Positions 49,340 through 63,000 of a DNA stretch of 64,000 nucleotides are shown piece by piece. A model generated the notes under the pieces. That model saw only the letters and a program-made list of their open reading frames with translations, had not been told where the DNA came from and ran no database searches. A program made the translations under genes and the position numbers. This stretch comes from Octopus bimaculoides (lineage: Eukaryota), in NCBI RefSeq assembly GCF_001194135.2, contig NC_068981.1, forward strand, positions 152,895,068 to 152,959,067, in the 5' to 3' direction. How positions within the stretch are numbered: the first letter of the stretch is position 1; every line of letters starts with the position of its first letter.

Positions 49340-50119
49340 TTTAAAGCTAGTGGTGTGTTCCTATTCAGCAAATGGGGAATTCCAAGTTTGCAACAGGAAA
49401 CACCTCTGATTAGGGCATTGATTAAACACTTCTTTTCTAGAGCTTAAAAAGGTCTCCAGATCAAGTGAGTTTTTCAGGATCCTTGCTCTCTTGGCCAAGC
49501 AAAGCTTACATCATTTGCTCCTGTTGAGGTATGACCCTGGATGTTCTAAGAGCTTCCATTTAATTATGTGTGGCATATCCTCCTATTTTAAACACCACAC
49601 ATAGTTGGCTAGGGATGTGATATTGTGCATCTCCAGTATCCTAAATGAGGACCTGTAGTTACTCAGGTGCTGCTTAAAGGGGCCACCTATGGAACTGCCA
49701 TGTTTCCATGTCTGTGCACTTGCACTAGTGGTGTTATAGCTGCTGTTGTTGCTATTGTTAACTCTGCTGCTGGGCCTGATGCAGGTGCTGCTGTTGCTCC
49801 AGTCACAAGTGTTGTTGCTACTTCTGGATGTGATCCTGGTGCTGTAGTTGCAACTGGTGTAGCTGACACTGCTGGCTGCATTGCTATTGGTGTAGCCATT
49901 GGTGTTGCTGCCATAGCTGGCTCTGCCACTTGATGCATTACTGGTGTGGCTGCTGCTGCTGCCACTGACATTGCTGTTGTTGTTGGCAGATGTGTCACTG
50001 ATGCTGTTGCTGTCACTGTGGTTGCCAGAGCCGGTCACCACCTCATTCTCATACACTACCCTCTCAACAGGCAGTGTATGAGCTTGACTTGCTGACCACT
50101 TGTCAACACACTCCAACAC
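49340..50119 (-). mobile_element. Penelope-like GIY-YIG endonuclease remnant with low-complexity insert
   Basis: VERVVYENEV...GSSIGGPFKQHLSNYRSSFR..TSLANYVWCLK*EDMPHIIKWKLL..YLNRSK*CKLCL..RKEVFNQCPNQRCFLL; two in-frame stops. Confidence 0.8.
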
Positions 50120-50431
50120 GCCTATACTGTCTTCTCATCCCGTCTTTTCTACCACAGCTGCTGTGGCCTCAATTCTTCAGACCTAGCTGATGTTGAGTCA
50201 CTCCCAACAAAACCTGTTTGATTCACTTATTCTTTTACTAGCTTCAGTCATTTGATTGCTGCCATGCTGGAGCCCTACCTTGGAGGGTTTTAGTTGAACA
50301 AATCGACCCCCAAGACTTATTTTTTAAGCCTAGTACTTATTCTATCCATTTCTTTTGCCGAACCGCTAACTTATGGGGACATAAACACACCGACACTGAT
50401 TGTCAAGTGGTAATGGGGAGATAAATACAAG

Positions 50432-50465
<34 letters not shown>

Positions 50466-53400
50466 CGACGGGCTTCTTTTCATAACCCATATTGTGTTTC
50501 CCTTCACACAGGTGTCACAATAGCCTTGAGTACCAATCTTTTTTCCTTAGAGAATCACTTATCTGAAATTTCCCTGCTTCCCATATTTTTGCTGCAATTG
50601 TTCAAAGGAGACTAACAACCTCAGTTATGTTAGTCTTAAAGTGCTTTGTGTAGACCCTTATTCCAGACAAACTGTATATTTAAAAAATGAAATTGTAAAC
50701 AAAAAAAAGATGATGATATTTAAAGTCATTAGATAGAGCCCCACACGAAAATGCCTTGTGGTATTTATTCTGAATTCTTGCATTCTGAGTTCAAACCCCT
50801 TTCAGGGTTGACCTGGGATTAAACAATGTTATAATAACATCATTTCTGCAACCAAACACATCCCATTCTCTAATTTAGAATCAATATGTATAAGAAGTAT
50901 AAGATGGAAGTGTCTTTCATCCCTCTTGGATTGATAAATAAAGTACAAATACTAGTCTTCTAGAGTCAATAAAGTATTTGTCTAGAGCAGTGAACTGACA
51001 AGATCATTCAAGTGTCAGTTGGGATGACTTCCACCTTACCCTATTTAGGTGATTGTCTAAATTCATTGCCCAATTTAATACTACCAGCTGGTCCTTGGAT
51101 GCCCCAGAGTTCCCTCAGTCGCAAACAAGTAAGCCAAGCTGCAGGCTTGAAGTTACCTTTCTCCCTCTCGTGGGACTAGTAAAGGGCTATGGTCACTATC
51201 CTTCCTGCTCGACTAAACATTAAAAATAAAAGGTCAATAGTGATTGAGCAGACTTATGACTAAAGGTCATCTATCTGTTGCTGTCCCATGTTTTTAGATG
51301 CATCTAAGTCTACATTATATAATATTTCTTACTCTTATTAAGATGCTCGAGGTTTGATGTAAGGAAAACTAGGCAGCTGTTTCTTGCAAGTTAAGTGACC
51401 ATATTGAATCACGACTATTGGCTTGTAATAAGTCCATGATGATACAGCTGCTGTCAAAGTATGAGAAGAAATGGTGAAACCAAGCAGATGCTTTTGCTTT
51501 GTTCGTTTTCTTTCTTTGTCTTTTTGTTGTTTTTTTTTGTTTTGTTTTTTAAGATCCTAATCTATCTGATATCATTTTTGTACTTGTCACAAATTAACAC
51601 CGAGGAAATCAGTGTTAACACAATGTGAAAAAAAAATTTGACATTTATATCTTGGGCCAGTTAATGTAATGACTCACCAGATTCCCTCAGCAATTGCAAC
51701 ATTAATGTCACACACACACACACACCACAATACAACACACAACAGAGCTGTCTCTCATTACATTATTGGCAAATGTATCCTTCTATCCTTAGTTGGAAAT
51801 GCTGCATTTTCTACTTTTTTTTCCACTAAGGCTCTGAAATAAAGTCTATCACATATTTTTTTTTTTTATATTTCAATAGCTGCAAGTTTAACTCTAAAAA
51901 AATATATATGAAATAATTACGTTGAAAATAATCTAAGTATACTTTATAAAAAAATTTCAAAATAATACAAAGTTGTATCAATAATAATTTCTGATGTGAA
52001 AAATATGTCTGGCCTTGAAAAATATTACTTCACTTGGAAACAGGTGAGGGTTGGTGTCAGGAAGGGCATCCAGCTGTAGAAAATCAGCCTCAGCAAATTC
52101 TGCCTGAACCTTGCAAAGATGGTGAGGTGAATGTTAAGTGGTAGTTGTGGTAGTGGTGGTGGCAGTTGCAATGATGGACACAAGGCCACAAATTTGGGGA
52201 TGGAATTAGTTGATTAAATTGATTCTAGTACTTGACTGTTACGTTATTTATCAGCCTCATGAGGATGAAAGATAAAGTTGAACATGTCAAGATTTGAACT
52301 CAAACTGTTACTGAATAGTGTGGATTTAACATTCTCTGTCACTTCCATCTTATACTTCTTATACATATTGATGCTAAATTAGAGAATAGGATGTGTTTGG
52401 TTGCAGAAATGATATTATTATAATATTGTTTAACCCCAGGTCAACCCTGAACAGACTTATAATGAAAAACATTCTACCTGCAACCTTTACATTTTTTTCA
52501 GATACAGTTATTTCCCTTATTATCCAATGTGTCCTCCTCTTTTAAAAATTATAGTAGGGTATGATTTGAGAGAGAGAGAGAGAGAGAGATGAAAAGGCAC
52601 TCTCATTGGCTTACAGGAATGGATGATCTCTGAACCAAATTTTTAGTGGTGTAGTGTGGCTCCTACTAGTTTCAAATCATCTTGCTCAGATCCCCAATGT
52701 AGAACCACAGCCTAACTAGTTTACCATAAAAGATAAATGCCAGCTATGAGAAATTAACTATGTCACCATAAAAGGCATTAATGCCTATGTGAACATGGTT
52801 TGGTCAGTCAGATCAGCTGGTGTGCAGTCAAATAAGTGATAGACTTGAAATTAAGTTTTGTGAATTCCTTCACTATAGTTTTACTGAAGATTCTAGAAGC
52901 TTGACTCAATGTTATAAAAAACTGGGATACTGAACTTCCAAATTGAACGGTCTCTGGTGCTACACAGAACTATATCAATTAGTTTTGTGATAAGGTGTTC
53001 TCACTCCTACTTATTTGGTCTTTAATAACCAAAGATGATTTTCATATAATTAAAATATTTTATGCAATGAAGTCTTTTAACTATAACGTTTACCATCTCA
53101 TGTATGCCATTTTATTCAAATTACTGTTGTACATATGTAAATGCAAATGTTCTGAGTAATACAGAATATGGAAATGTATTTTATGATTAATGAGATCATT
53201 TTCATCTTTACTGCAACCTACTTAATATCGTGTACTATCAACAATGAGTAAATGACCAGCTCCACTAAATGATGACCAACTTAAATGATATTTAATTATA
53301 TCCCTTCACATCACAAACTAAAATTCCACTGTTGGTGAATGGAAACTATCTTTTTATCCTTTCAATGTCAATCTAGTAACAGTCAATATAGTAACTAAGC

Positions 53401-54206
53401 TCAATTTGACTGTTTGCTTAAAATGTATGACCTAATGTTGTGGTTCTCAAACTAAAAAATACCAGTCCCACCACCTATTGGCCAACCAAAATATCAATGA
53501 CATTTTTTTTACCTCTTCCTTTTTTATAGAAGACAAAATGGTGCTTGCAACCGTATAATTCTTCTTTCAAGCCTCTATTGTTTCTACAAGTAATAACAGT
53601 TTTAAACCATCTCAATTTTATTAAACATGGCAAGTTGTTCACCCTTTTTTAAAATCCTCAGGGCACTCCTGGCCACAGAGAGTATTAGGCCTTCTCCTAT
53701 AATAAATACTTGCTTAATGTCAATGCAAGAAATATTTTTTTATTATTATGAGGACTATTATGATTGGCAGAAAGGACATAGGATTAGTAAATTAGTGAGA
53801 ACATCTGGTGCTTGCCAGCTCTTAACATTCTGACTTCAAACTCTGCTGCTGTCAGTTTTGTCTTTCATCCTTCTTGGATTGATAAATAAAGTACAAATCA
53901 AGTAGTAAGGTGAATGGTATTATGTAACCCCTACCCAACATCAAAAGTTCTATCAAAAGCCCTATCAAAAGTCCTGCCCAAAATCCTATCAAAAACAACA
54001 TGATGATTGACTTGGAAAACTGTTAGAAAACATTATAATACCAGAGTATTAGTAATGCCTAGGGACAATTATTTCTGGCCAACAATACCAAATATAGTAA
54101 TATTATTTGCCTATAGTTTTGACTTTAAGCTTAGACATTTCAAGTCTGAATTTGTAGAATGCTATCTGCTTCAGCTTTATTGTGGGCATCATCTGAGTTT
54201 TGTGGA

Positions 54207-55462
54207 ATATCCTGCTCAGTATGTAGAAAAGGAGTAGGTAGTAACTCTATAAGATGTACCCGGTGCAAGCTATGGACACATAAGAGGTGCAGCAACATCA
54301 AAGGCAGGTTAACTAGCAAGTTAGTTTTTGTTTGTGGCAGATGTTCAGGTGCAATAAACACTGTAAACAAACAGGAAACAACTTCTATCTCATTCCAGGG
54401 TGAAAAACTAGAGGTAGTCGATAGCTTCCGCTATCTGGGCGACCAAGTTAGTAGTGGGGGTGGGTGCGCTGAAAGTGTAGCTGCTAGAATAAGAATAGCC
54501 TGGGCAAAGTTTAGAGAGCTCTTACCCCTGCTGGCGACAAAGGGACTCTCACTCAGAGTAAAAGGCAGACTGTATGACGCATGNNNNNNNNNNNNNNNNN
54601 NNNNNNNNNNNNNNNNNNNNNNNNNNNNNNNNNNNNNNNNNNNNNNNNNNNNNNNNNNNNNNNNNNNNNNNNNNNNNNNNNNNNNNNNNNNNNNNNNNNN
54701 NNNNNNNNNNNNNNNNNNNNNNNNNNNNNNNNNNNNNNNNNNNNNNNNNNNNNNNNNNNNNNNNNNNNNNNNNNNNNNNNNNNNNNNNNNNNNNNNNNNN
54801 NNNNNNNNNNNNNNNNNNNNNNNNNNNNNNNNNNNNNNNNNNNNNNNNNNNNNNNNNNNNNNNNNNNNNNNNNNNNNNNNNNNNNNNNNNNNNNNNNNNN
54901 NNNNNNNNNNNNNNNNNNNNNNNNNNNNNNNNNNNNNNNNNNNNNNNNNNNNNNNNNNNNNNNNNNNNNNNNNNNNNNNNNNNNNNNNNNNNNNNNNNNN
55001 NNNNNNNNNNNNNNNNNNNNNNNNNNNNNNNNNNNNNNNNNNNNNNNNNNNNNNNNNNNNNNNNNNNNNNNNNNNNNNNNNNNNNNNNNNNNNNNNNNNN
55101 NNNNNNNNNNNNNNNNNNNNNNNNNNNNNNNNNNNNNNNNNNNNNNNNNNNNNNNNNNNNNNNNNNNNNNNNNNNNNNNNNNNNNNNNNNNNNNNNNNNN
55201 NNNNNNNNNNNNNNNNNNNNNNGTGCGGGTGGTACATAAAAGACACCATTTCGAGCGTGGCCGTTTTCGTGCGGGTGACACGTAAAAGCACCCACTACAC
55301 TCTCTGAGTGGTTGGCGTTAGGAAGGGCATCCAGCTGTAGAAACTCTGCCAAATTAGATTGGAGCCTGGTGTTGCCATCCGGTTTCACCAGTCCTCAGTC
55401 AAATCGTCCAACCCATGCTAGCATGGAAAGCGGACGTTAAACGATGATGATGATGATGATGA
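54207..55462 (+). mobile_element. young 5'-truncated RTE LINE with PHD-like Zn finger in RT region, 3' UTR and (GAT)n tail (gap inside)
   Basis: CSVCRKGVGSNSIRCTRCKLWTHKRC..CGRC, VVDSFRYLGD, GLSLRVKGRLY; frame open up to the gap. Confidence 0.92.
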
Positions 55463-58089
55463 TCAGTAATTGTTATAGATTGAGATGAAGTATTTACTGG
55501 TTCTGAATAATCATTGGGATGCTGTCCTAGCTATTTTAACCTTTAACAGGCTGTAGACGCATCATGTTGCTGTATGAGTTTTTTCCCCTCTCAGTGCAAC
55601 ACAATGTACCTGCAGCTACAGGGAAGAAAATTTGTACAATGCTATGATGTGCATCAGTGTGCTGAAAGTTAAAGCTATGCTTTCATCAAGAGAAATCTTC
55701 AGTGATCGAGGAACCTAACGTTTTCTCCTAAACATTTAAATGATGGCTGACTTGAACTATTAAATAAATACAACCAAAAGTAAAGTTCTAGCATGTTTTA
55801 TTGAACAGTTTTTAATACAGGGCTGAGGGAAAACACCTCAAGGTAGCATTTTGTATTCTAAATACATATAAGAGTGAGTCTCACCTATATAGTATAGTGA
55901 GTTGAAAAACTTCAGTTAAATTATTTTTGCAATATCAGCCAATCGAAATTCTGTTTTGGATTTTAAACATCCCAAGAGGGACTTTTGTTTTCTATTTGTA
56001 AAATAAATCCCAGTTAATTGACGTTTTTCAACTCACAATATGTATATTACATGCATGAGATACTACTGTATGTGTATTTAATATTCAGGAACATTTCCTT
56101 GAACTATATTCCCTTGGCAATATTGCTGATATTCATAATCACTTCAATACATATCCTCTATTTATTTATACATACATACATGCCTACCTACCTACCTACC
56201 TCCCCATATACATACATGCTCTCTTTTTACTCTTTACTCTTTTACTTGTTTCAGTCATTTGACTGTGGCTGTGCTGGAGCACGGCCTTTACTCGAGCAAA
56301 TCGACCCCAGGACTTATTCTTTGTAAGCCTAGTACTTATTCTATCGGTCTCTTTTGCTGAACCGCTAAGTTACAGGGACGTAAACACACCAGCATTGGTT
56401 GTCAAGCGATGTTGGGGGGACAAACACAGACACACAAACATATATATACATATATACAATGGGCTTCTTTCAGTTTCTGTCTACCGAATCCACTCACAAG
56501 GCTTTCGTCGGCCCAAGTCTATAGTTGAAGACACTTGCCTAAAGTGCCACGCTGTGGGACTGAACCCAGAACCATGTGGTTGGTAAGCAAGCTACTTACC
56601 ACACNNNNNNNNNNNNNNNNNNNNNNNNNNNNNNNNNNNNNNNNNNNNNNNNNNNNNNNNNNNNNNNNNNNNNNNNNNNNNNNNNNNNNNNNNNNNNNNN
56701 NNNNNNNNNNNNNNNNNNNNNNNNNNNNNNNNNNNNNNNNNNNNNNNNNNNNNNNNNNNNNNNNNNNNNNNNNNNNNNNNNNNNNNNNNNNNNNNNNNNN
56801 NNNNNNNNNNNNNNNNNNNNNNNNNNNNNNNNNNNNNNNNNNNNNNNNNNNNNNNNNNNNNNNNNNNNNNNNNNNNNNNNNNNNNNNNNNNNNNNNNNNN
56901 NNNNNNNNNNNNNNNNNNNNNNNNNNNNNNNNNNNNNNNNNNNNNNNNNNNNNNNNNNNNNNNNNNNNNNNNNNNNNNNNNNNNNNNNNNNNNNNNNNNN
57001 NNNNNNNNNNNNNNNNNNNNNNNNNNNNNNNNNNNNNNNNNNNNNNNNNNNNNNNNNNNNNNNNNNNNNNNNNNNNNNNNNNNNNNNNNNNNNNNNNNNN
57101 NNNNNNNNNNNNNNNNNNNNNNNNNNNNNNNNNNNNNNNNNNNNNNNNNNNNNNNNNNNNNNNNNNNNNNNNNNNNNNNNNNNNNNNNNNNNTTTGTAAA
57201 CTAGGTAGGCATAGTTCACCCCTGTCTTTCAATCTCAGTATTAAAACTACACATAATACTGCTGTAGCACACGTGCTGCATACATTCCTACAACAACGTT
57301 TTCTTTACGTGCTATAAAGGCAGAAGTAAATCTACCTCCAACTCAGTCATGCACCTGTGTTTCGCTTATTTTCTGTGTGTTTTACTACATAAACGTCACC
57401 AACTGCCTACTCTGAGTAATTACTCACAGCATGTGCCTGATATATACATATTACATACATACATACGTACATACAAACATTAACATCAACATAAAGAATA
57501 TTGGTAGAGCATTCCCAACAAAACTTCTACCAAGTGTAAATATAACAGGACAGACGTATGGGACAAACTAGAAGTATATTCTGTCACAGAGTTAACTGCT
57601 CTGTTGATGTTAATATCTCCTCGAGAATCAAAGGACAAGAAGATGACAATTGCTTTGAAACCTCCAGCTTGTTTACCCAAATTTACATTTATATCAATAA
57701 CAATTGATGCAACAATGGGGTTATATATCTTTGGTTAGAAACCAGCTCCTTCCGTACAGGAAAACTTCAAATGATTGAAAATATAAGAGTACATACATAC
57801 ATGCATACATACAAACATACATACATTCACACACATACATGCACGCACATGCATATATAAGTACACACACACACACACATACATACATATATACATATCA
57901 CTCCGTTTCATCACCTGAGATGAATATGCATCGCTGAGGAGATCTAGCAAGGCTGGAATATGTCTGTTGGTTTTCCCTGCTAGCTTTATCTGCATTGTTC
58001 ATATTTTCCAAAAATTTGCATTGGTTGATATCATAGGAGTTATTTATTATTCTGAGAATTTGAGCACCGTAGCAGTTTCTTTTTCTCTG

Positions 58090-58731
58090 AATAATTGTGA
58101 GGATAATCGAAGTTTTCCAACTCTATATTACGTATGTGAGACTCTACTGCGTCAGTTTTTTATGTATCCTTCTGAGGGAAAAGTTTAGGTACACTTATCT
58201 TTATAGTTCGTAAGTTTAAAATACAAAATGGGATGTAACTAAACTTAACTGATTCATATCAGCAGGAAATCATTTCTCTTCAGAAATATATAAAAGTACT
58301 TCTCTCAAGCGTGCGCGCACACACACACATACACACTCAAGCATTATTGACAGATAAAGTGTAAATATAATCACGAGAATTTTCTCTCACTGTCACTCGT
58401 TTTTTTTAAGACTTTTTTCAATTAGTAGTCCACTCGTGCCTTTACTCAACAGCATAGCAATATTTCAGAAGGTTAATAGAAACAATTATTATCGGGAATG
58501 ATCTCGTGAGTTGAAGCTGCTGCTTATCGAATGCTAGTTTTTTCTTACGTATATTTTTCAAAACAATTTAGTGATCCAGAATCGAATATTTTCATGTGAA
58601 AGAATTTCAAACGAAAATATGTTGCCTGTTTCTTTCCTTCAAAAGTATTTGATATAGTTTTAGTACCAAACAAGTGTCTTACATATACGAATCTGTACTG
58701 ATTGATAAATTCAGCTTTACATTATCTAAAA
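58090..58731 (+). promoter_or_regulatory. putative TBC1D13 promoter region
   Basis: Start of a CpG-retaining zone that runs to about 61300. Confidence 0.35.
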
Positions 58732-58751
58732 ATGGCAGCTTACAGAACAAG
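58732..58751 (+). CDS. TBC1D13: TBC1D13-like Rab GAP, exon 1 (MAAYRTR)
   Basis: aaaaATGgca context, donor AG|GTAAGT, phase 2 joins exon 2. Confidence 0.75.
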
Positions 58752-59589
58752 GTAAGTACACCTAACAAAAACAAGCTATAAGAAAATTTATTGACATTCA
58801 TTACAAAGTTAATTTATCGTATATATTCTTCTGTGAAAATTTTGTTTTAATTTAATTTTAAGTTTCCGTGTTGACAATTTCTATATTACTTACTGCCGGA
58901 CAAAGTTTGCCAGGTGTATTAACGACACGCCTCCTTTACTCTTTCTACAACACTTCTCAAAATCTACAAATGCGAACTATGTTTTTATTATATTTTATCC
59001 TATTTATTATAATTTGATGCTACAGATCTTTATATTTAACTTGTACGAAACTTTCATTTTCCTTGATATCGACTTATAACTATCAATTCTCGCTATGATT
59101 TTCATTGTTTATAATTCTCAACACTATCAATCAATCAGTTAGGTGTTTTGATTATAAATCACAATTTATTTATAATTCTGTTCGTGTATTATAACAGAAA
59201 CTATTATTATCATTATTATTATTATTATTATTATTTAAGTTGCATTTAAAAATATAAAATTATCGTTAGTGTTGTTAGTACAGATTATCGTTATAAACTG
59301 AGTGACAAAAGTGGAGTTGTGACAGCAGAACTACAAATAACATGCTTTATTAGTTTCGGTTTATTATTTGTTTGTTCAAATCTCGCCCGAATCGACTTCG
59401 TTTTTCATCCCATGCGAGTTCACACAATCAGTACTTGACATGTTCCGTTCAACCCCTATCTCTTACTGTGCCTTCTGTCAATATAAGAAAGTATTACCAT
59501 TTGAGAGTAACCTGAATGCCACACACTGTCATACTCTATTCTGCAAATCTTGCGTATCTGTGGAAGAAATAATCATTACTGGCTGTTAA

Positions 59590-59790
59590 TGTTTAGCTCC
59601 TGGTCAATCTGATTGAGCAGAGCTATGATCAAAGACTTTTCATTCACCCCATCCGTTTCTTTGCCATTGTGTATCTTGGATTAATGTAGTTCAAGGTACA
59701 CTGTATAATGCTGCCTCTCGTTTTCAGTACTTTTACGGTATGATTTGGGAGAGTTTGGCCTGCTATTTCTAATGGTTCCAACGACACAGT
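59590..59790 (+). repeat. dispersed repeat family D (CTGATCGAGCAGACCTATGATCAAAGGCATTCC-like)
   Basis: Similar copies at about 21425-21615, 38710-38830, 51230-51410, 52425-52570; class unknown. Confidence 0.6.
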
Positions 59791-59995
59791 TGGCTCTGTT
59801 TTAGAATTGTTCTAAGGTCCAGCGAGTGTGCTTATGCTGTTGGAAAAGGCATGAACACCACAGGATCCTTTTCCCTAAAACCCTGGGCCTTTATGTAATT
59901 AAACATTATCCTTAATTAATTTGCTAATATACACTAAACATTCACGTCATATGCAACTAAGTCTAAACCTATTTGTTGTTTATTTACTTATTTAG

Positions 59996-60069
59996 ATTAA
60001 AACAGTTTGCCAAGGTATTGGACACTGAAGAAATTGATATGGAAAGCTTACGCAAATTATGTTTCAGTG
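59996..60069 (+). CDS. TBC1D13: TBC1D13-like Rab GAP, exon 2 (LKQFAKVLDTEEIDMESLRKLCFSG); gene continues beyond window
   Basis: atttag| ... |gtaaat, phase 2-1; resembles recalled human SRIADFQDVLKEPSIALEKLRELSFSG; no exon 3 found before 64000. Confidence 0.8.
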
Positions 60070-63000
60070 GTAAATATAAATTTATTTGTCTATTTTCCGA
60101 AATTTCTGTCATTTTTTATAATTGGTTTCATATCTATCGCATATTGTTTTGCATTGCTTGTGAAAACGTGCATTGTTTTTATATTTGAAACTTGTAAAAT
60201 ACGGACTTCTCTAGTAACTTCATTAATTACATGTGGCGGAGATTTACAATATTCTTCAGCGACTGCTTTCAGAATTGAAATAAAAAAAAAATTCCATTTC
60301 AGATTATTATAAATGTCGAAATATATTTAGGTTCTGTATTTTGTGTTTTGTTATATCACAATGGTTGCTGCTATCGTCTTGTTTTCTGATATCGGTTTGT
60401 TATCATCATTTCGAATGATTATGGTCATCTACAAATAACGTAAATGAACCGCTGAAAGTGTGTTTCCTTTTTTGTCTCTCAACGTAAATGACATTATTTA
60501 TTATGTTTTGTTTTGTTTCTTTTTTGACCTCTATTAATCTAGAATTTAAAAATTAATGGAAAGGATCCTAAACATAGATTTAGTCTCAAAAACAAATCAA
60601 AACAAAAATCTGCGTTATGTTTAATTATCGATTACAAACATGGTGTTTGGAGATTAAAAAAAAAACAAAAAAAACTTCGTTTTTACGTTCATTTCTAGGA
60701 ATACAATTTTTTTTATTTAACCGTCATCTCTTGGTTGAATAACAGATTTTTACTTTAAACTTGTCGGTGAAAGTTTGACATGCTAATTACTGTTGTCAGT
60801 AAATCAAAGTAAACATTAATGTCTTGTGTAATTCAGCTATTAGACGGGCGTCAATTGTTAATTTATTAGATGACCGGTTGAGCAATCTTAAATAGAGAAA
60901 AAATGGACTTTATTTTAAACCTGAAGATTAATTTATTTTAAATCTGTGAAGACTGCCGACTGGAAGGCAAATCTTAATAGGCATTTCATAGGAAACTTGA
61001 TGCTTTTCTTGGTCGGGTGTAAAAACTTTGTTTTAGAATTCTTTTGGTGTATAAATTTCGACTTTTTTTTTTTCTTTTTGGGTGGCTGGTGTGTGAGATG
61101 CAGTTCGCATATTTCGTTGTTTTTGCCTTTTTTTTTTTTTTTTTTGTGATAAATCAGAATTAACCTAACGAGGACTTTTTTCAGCACGAAGTAACCATCT
61201 TTCCTGCGCACCTCACTACCTCGACATACACACTTGCAAAAGACAAAAAAAAATAAAAAAAGAAAGAAAGAAAGAAAATAGCAGCTATTCATAATCTGTT
61301 GGTGTGCTGATTAAATAAACGTTTTTAAGGTTTCCAATTACATTGTAATTCTTATGGCTGACTTTCTTTGTAAATTTTCTGATTATCAACCCACTCTGCT
61401 TCGCTGAAATTACCACGGCATTTTGTTTGACAGATGTTCTAAAGCTTCATTCGAAATTTAATTTACATTTACAAGTGCTTTATACAGTTTTATTTTCCAC
61501 CTGAGACTGTGTCATTTACACATTATATCAATCAAGCTGTTTCTTTATTCGTAAGATAGTCTTATATTTTCTTTCTCTAATACCTTGTTTAGAAGGGGCA
61601 AAGTATAATGTTTCTATCTAATATGGACATATTACTTAACTCCTATGACATATCTCATTGATAAAGGAATTATGAATTGTATTACAGAAGTATACTTATA
61701 TCATTTTCAATGATGTCATGTCAAGAATCATCATCATTGATTTCATGTCTTTACCATGCTAGTATGTGTTGGACGAGACTTATTGGAATAATATTATCCT
61801 ATGTCTGGATGCTTTCCCTATTGTTAACCGTTACCTGTTTTTCAAATATTTGAGGCACAAATGTTTTGTGCTACAAAGAAGTTGTCCTTTTTTTAATTTT
61901 TTTCCCCCCATTTTGGATATTTGTTTATACCTGTAACTTGAACACTCATTTTCTGGTTCAAAGTTAGCAGAATCAAAAAGCTACTAGGAATTCGGTACCC
62001 AAGTTCAGCTTTGGTTTAACTTGATTCTACAATGAAATCACATTTATCAGTATGATGATGATGATGATGTTGATGGATTGCTTAAAGGCATCTGCCATTT
62101 TGTTGAAAACTGTTGATTTTATAGTTAATGATGCAAGTGTGACTGTGTGGTAAGCAGTTTGCTTCCCACCCACATGGTTCCAGGTTCAGTCTTCCTGTGG
62201 GGTACCTTGAGCAAGTATCTTCTACTGTAGCCTCAGGCTGATCAAAGCTTTGTGGGTGAATTTGGTAGACAGACAAAAACTGAAAGAAGCCCATCATATA
62301 TGTATATATGTATAGATATATGTGTGTTTTTGTGTCTGTCCCCCACCACTGCTTGACAACTGGTGTTGGTGTGTTTATGTCCCCATAACATAGCAGTTCA
62401 GCAAAAGAGACCAATAGAATAAGTACTGGGGTCGATTCATTTGACTAAAATTCTTCAAGCAGTACCCCAGCATGGCCGCAGTCTAATGACTGAAACAAGT
62501 AAAAGATAAAAAGATGTGTGTGTGCCCTTGTCTAGACGTCACATGAGAGTTGTAAATGAGCATCATTGTTATACATGCAAGATTGTTTGTTTCCTATTTC
62601 TGTGGGGAAAATTTAACTTTCCTTGGAAATAAGTCAAGGACAGGTACTAAGGAGGGCAGCTGTAGGAAACCTGTCCCAGCAAATTCCAGCTGATCCATGC
62701 AAGCATGGAAAGTAGACATTAAGTGATGATGACAGTGAATGTTAAAATATTTTCATTTGCAAACGATAAATCATAGGTCTGTTGGTTCTTGATGATTGCA
62801 GCTCAATGTAATGATGTCATGTTGTCAGTTATAATTTTCTTTACCATGGTGTCACATGATAGATATTTGTTTACATGGTAAGCAGCAAGTATGGTAGGCA
62901 ATAATCTCTTTTACTAAACAAAAATTATGGAGTAAAAAAATTTTTGCATGAAGTTAAATTAGATGACTAACTTGGCTGTCGGTTATATTGTTAAATAAAT

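Noticed and set aside
49667-50016. Mucin-like Ala/Thr/Pro ORF (minus) and Ala/Val ORF (plus)
   Set aside because: Alternative frames of the triplet low-complexity insert; only the 49583-50119 frame carries recognisable motifs.
50150-50195. Minus-strand CUGAAGA + CCACAG/CUGUGG hairpin + GAAA
   Set aside because: No NUH site or stem I partner.
53941-53996. Four ~12-bp CTATCAAAAG repeats
   Set aside because: Short simple tandem repeat with no further structure.
54159-57317. Long ORFs of 200-380 aa
   Set aside because: Mostly X from assembly gaps; the real part is the RTE fragment.
57915-57965. CTGAGGA..GGAATATGTC hammerhead-like string
   Set aside because: GAAA is absent and stems I and II do not pair convincingly.
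59368-59589. 73-aa ORF with RING-like Cys pattern (CAFC..HCHTLFCKSC)
   Set aside because: First half is a decayed family B SINE; His is misplaced, the final CxxC is missing, non-ATG start, no splice support.
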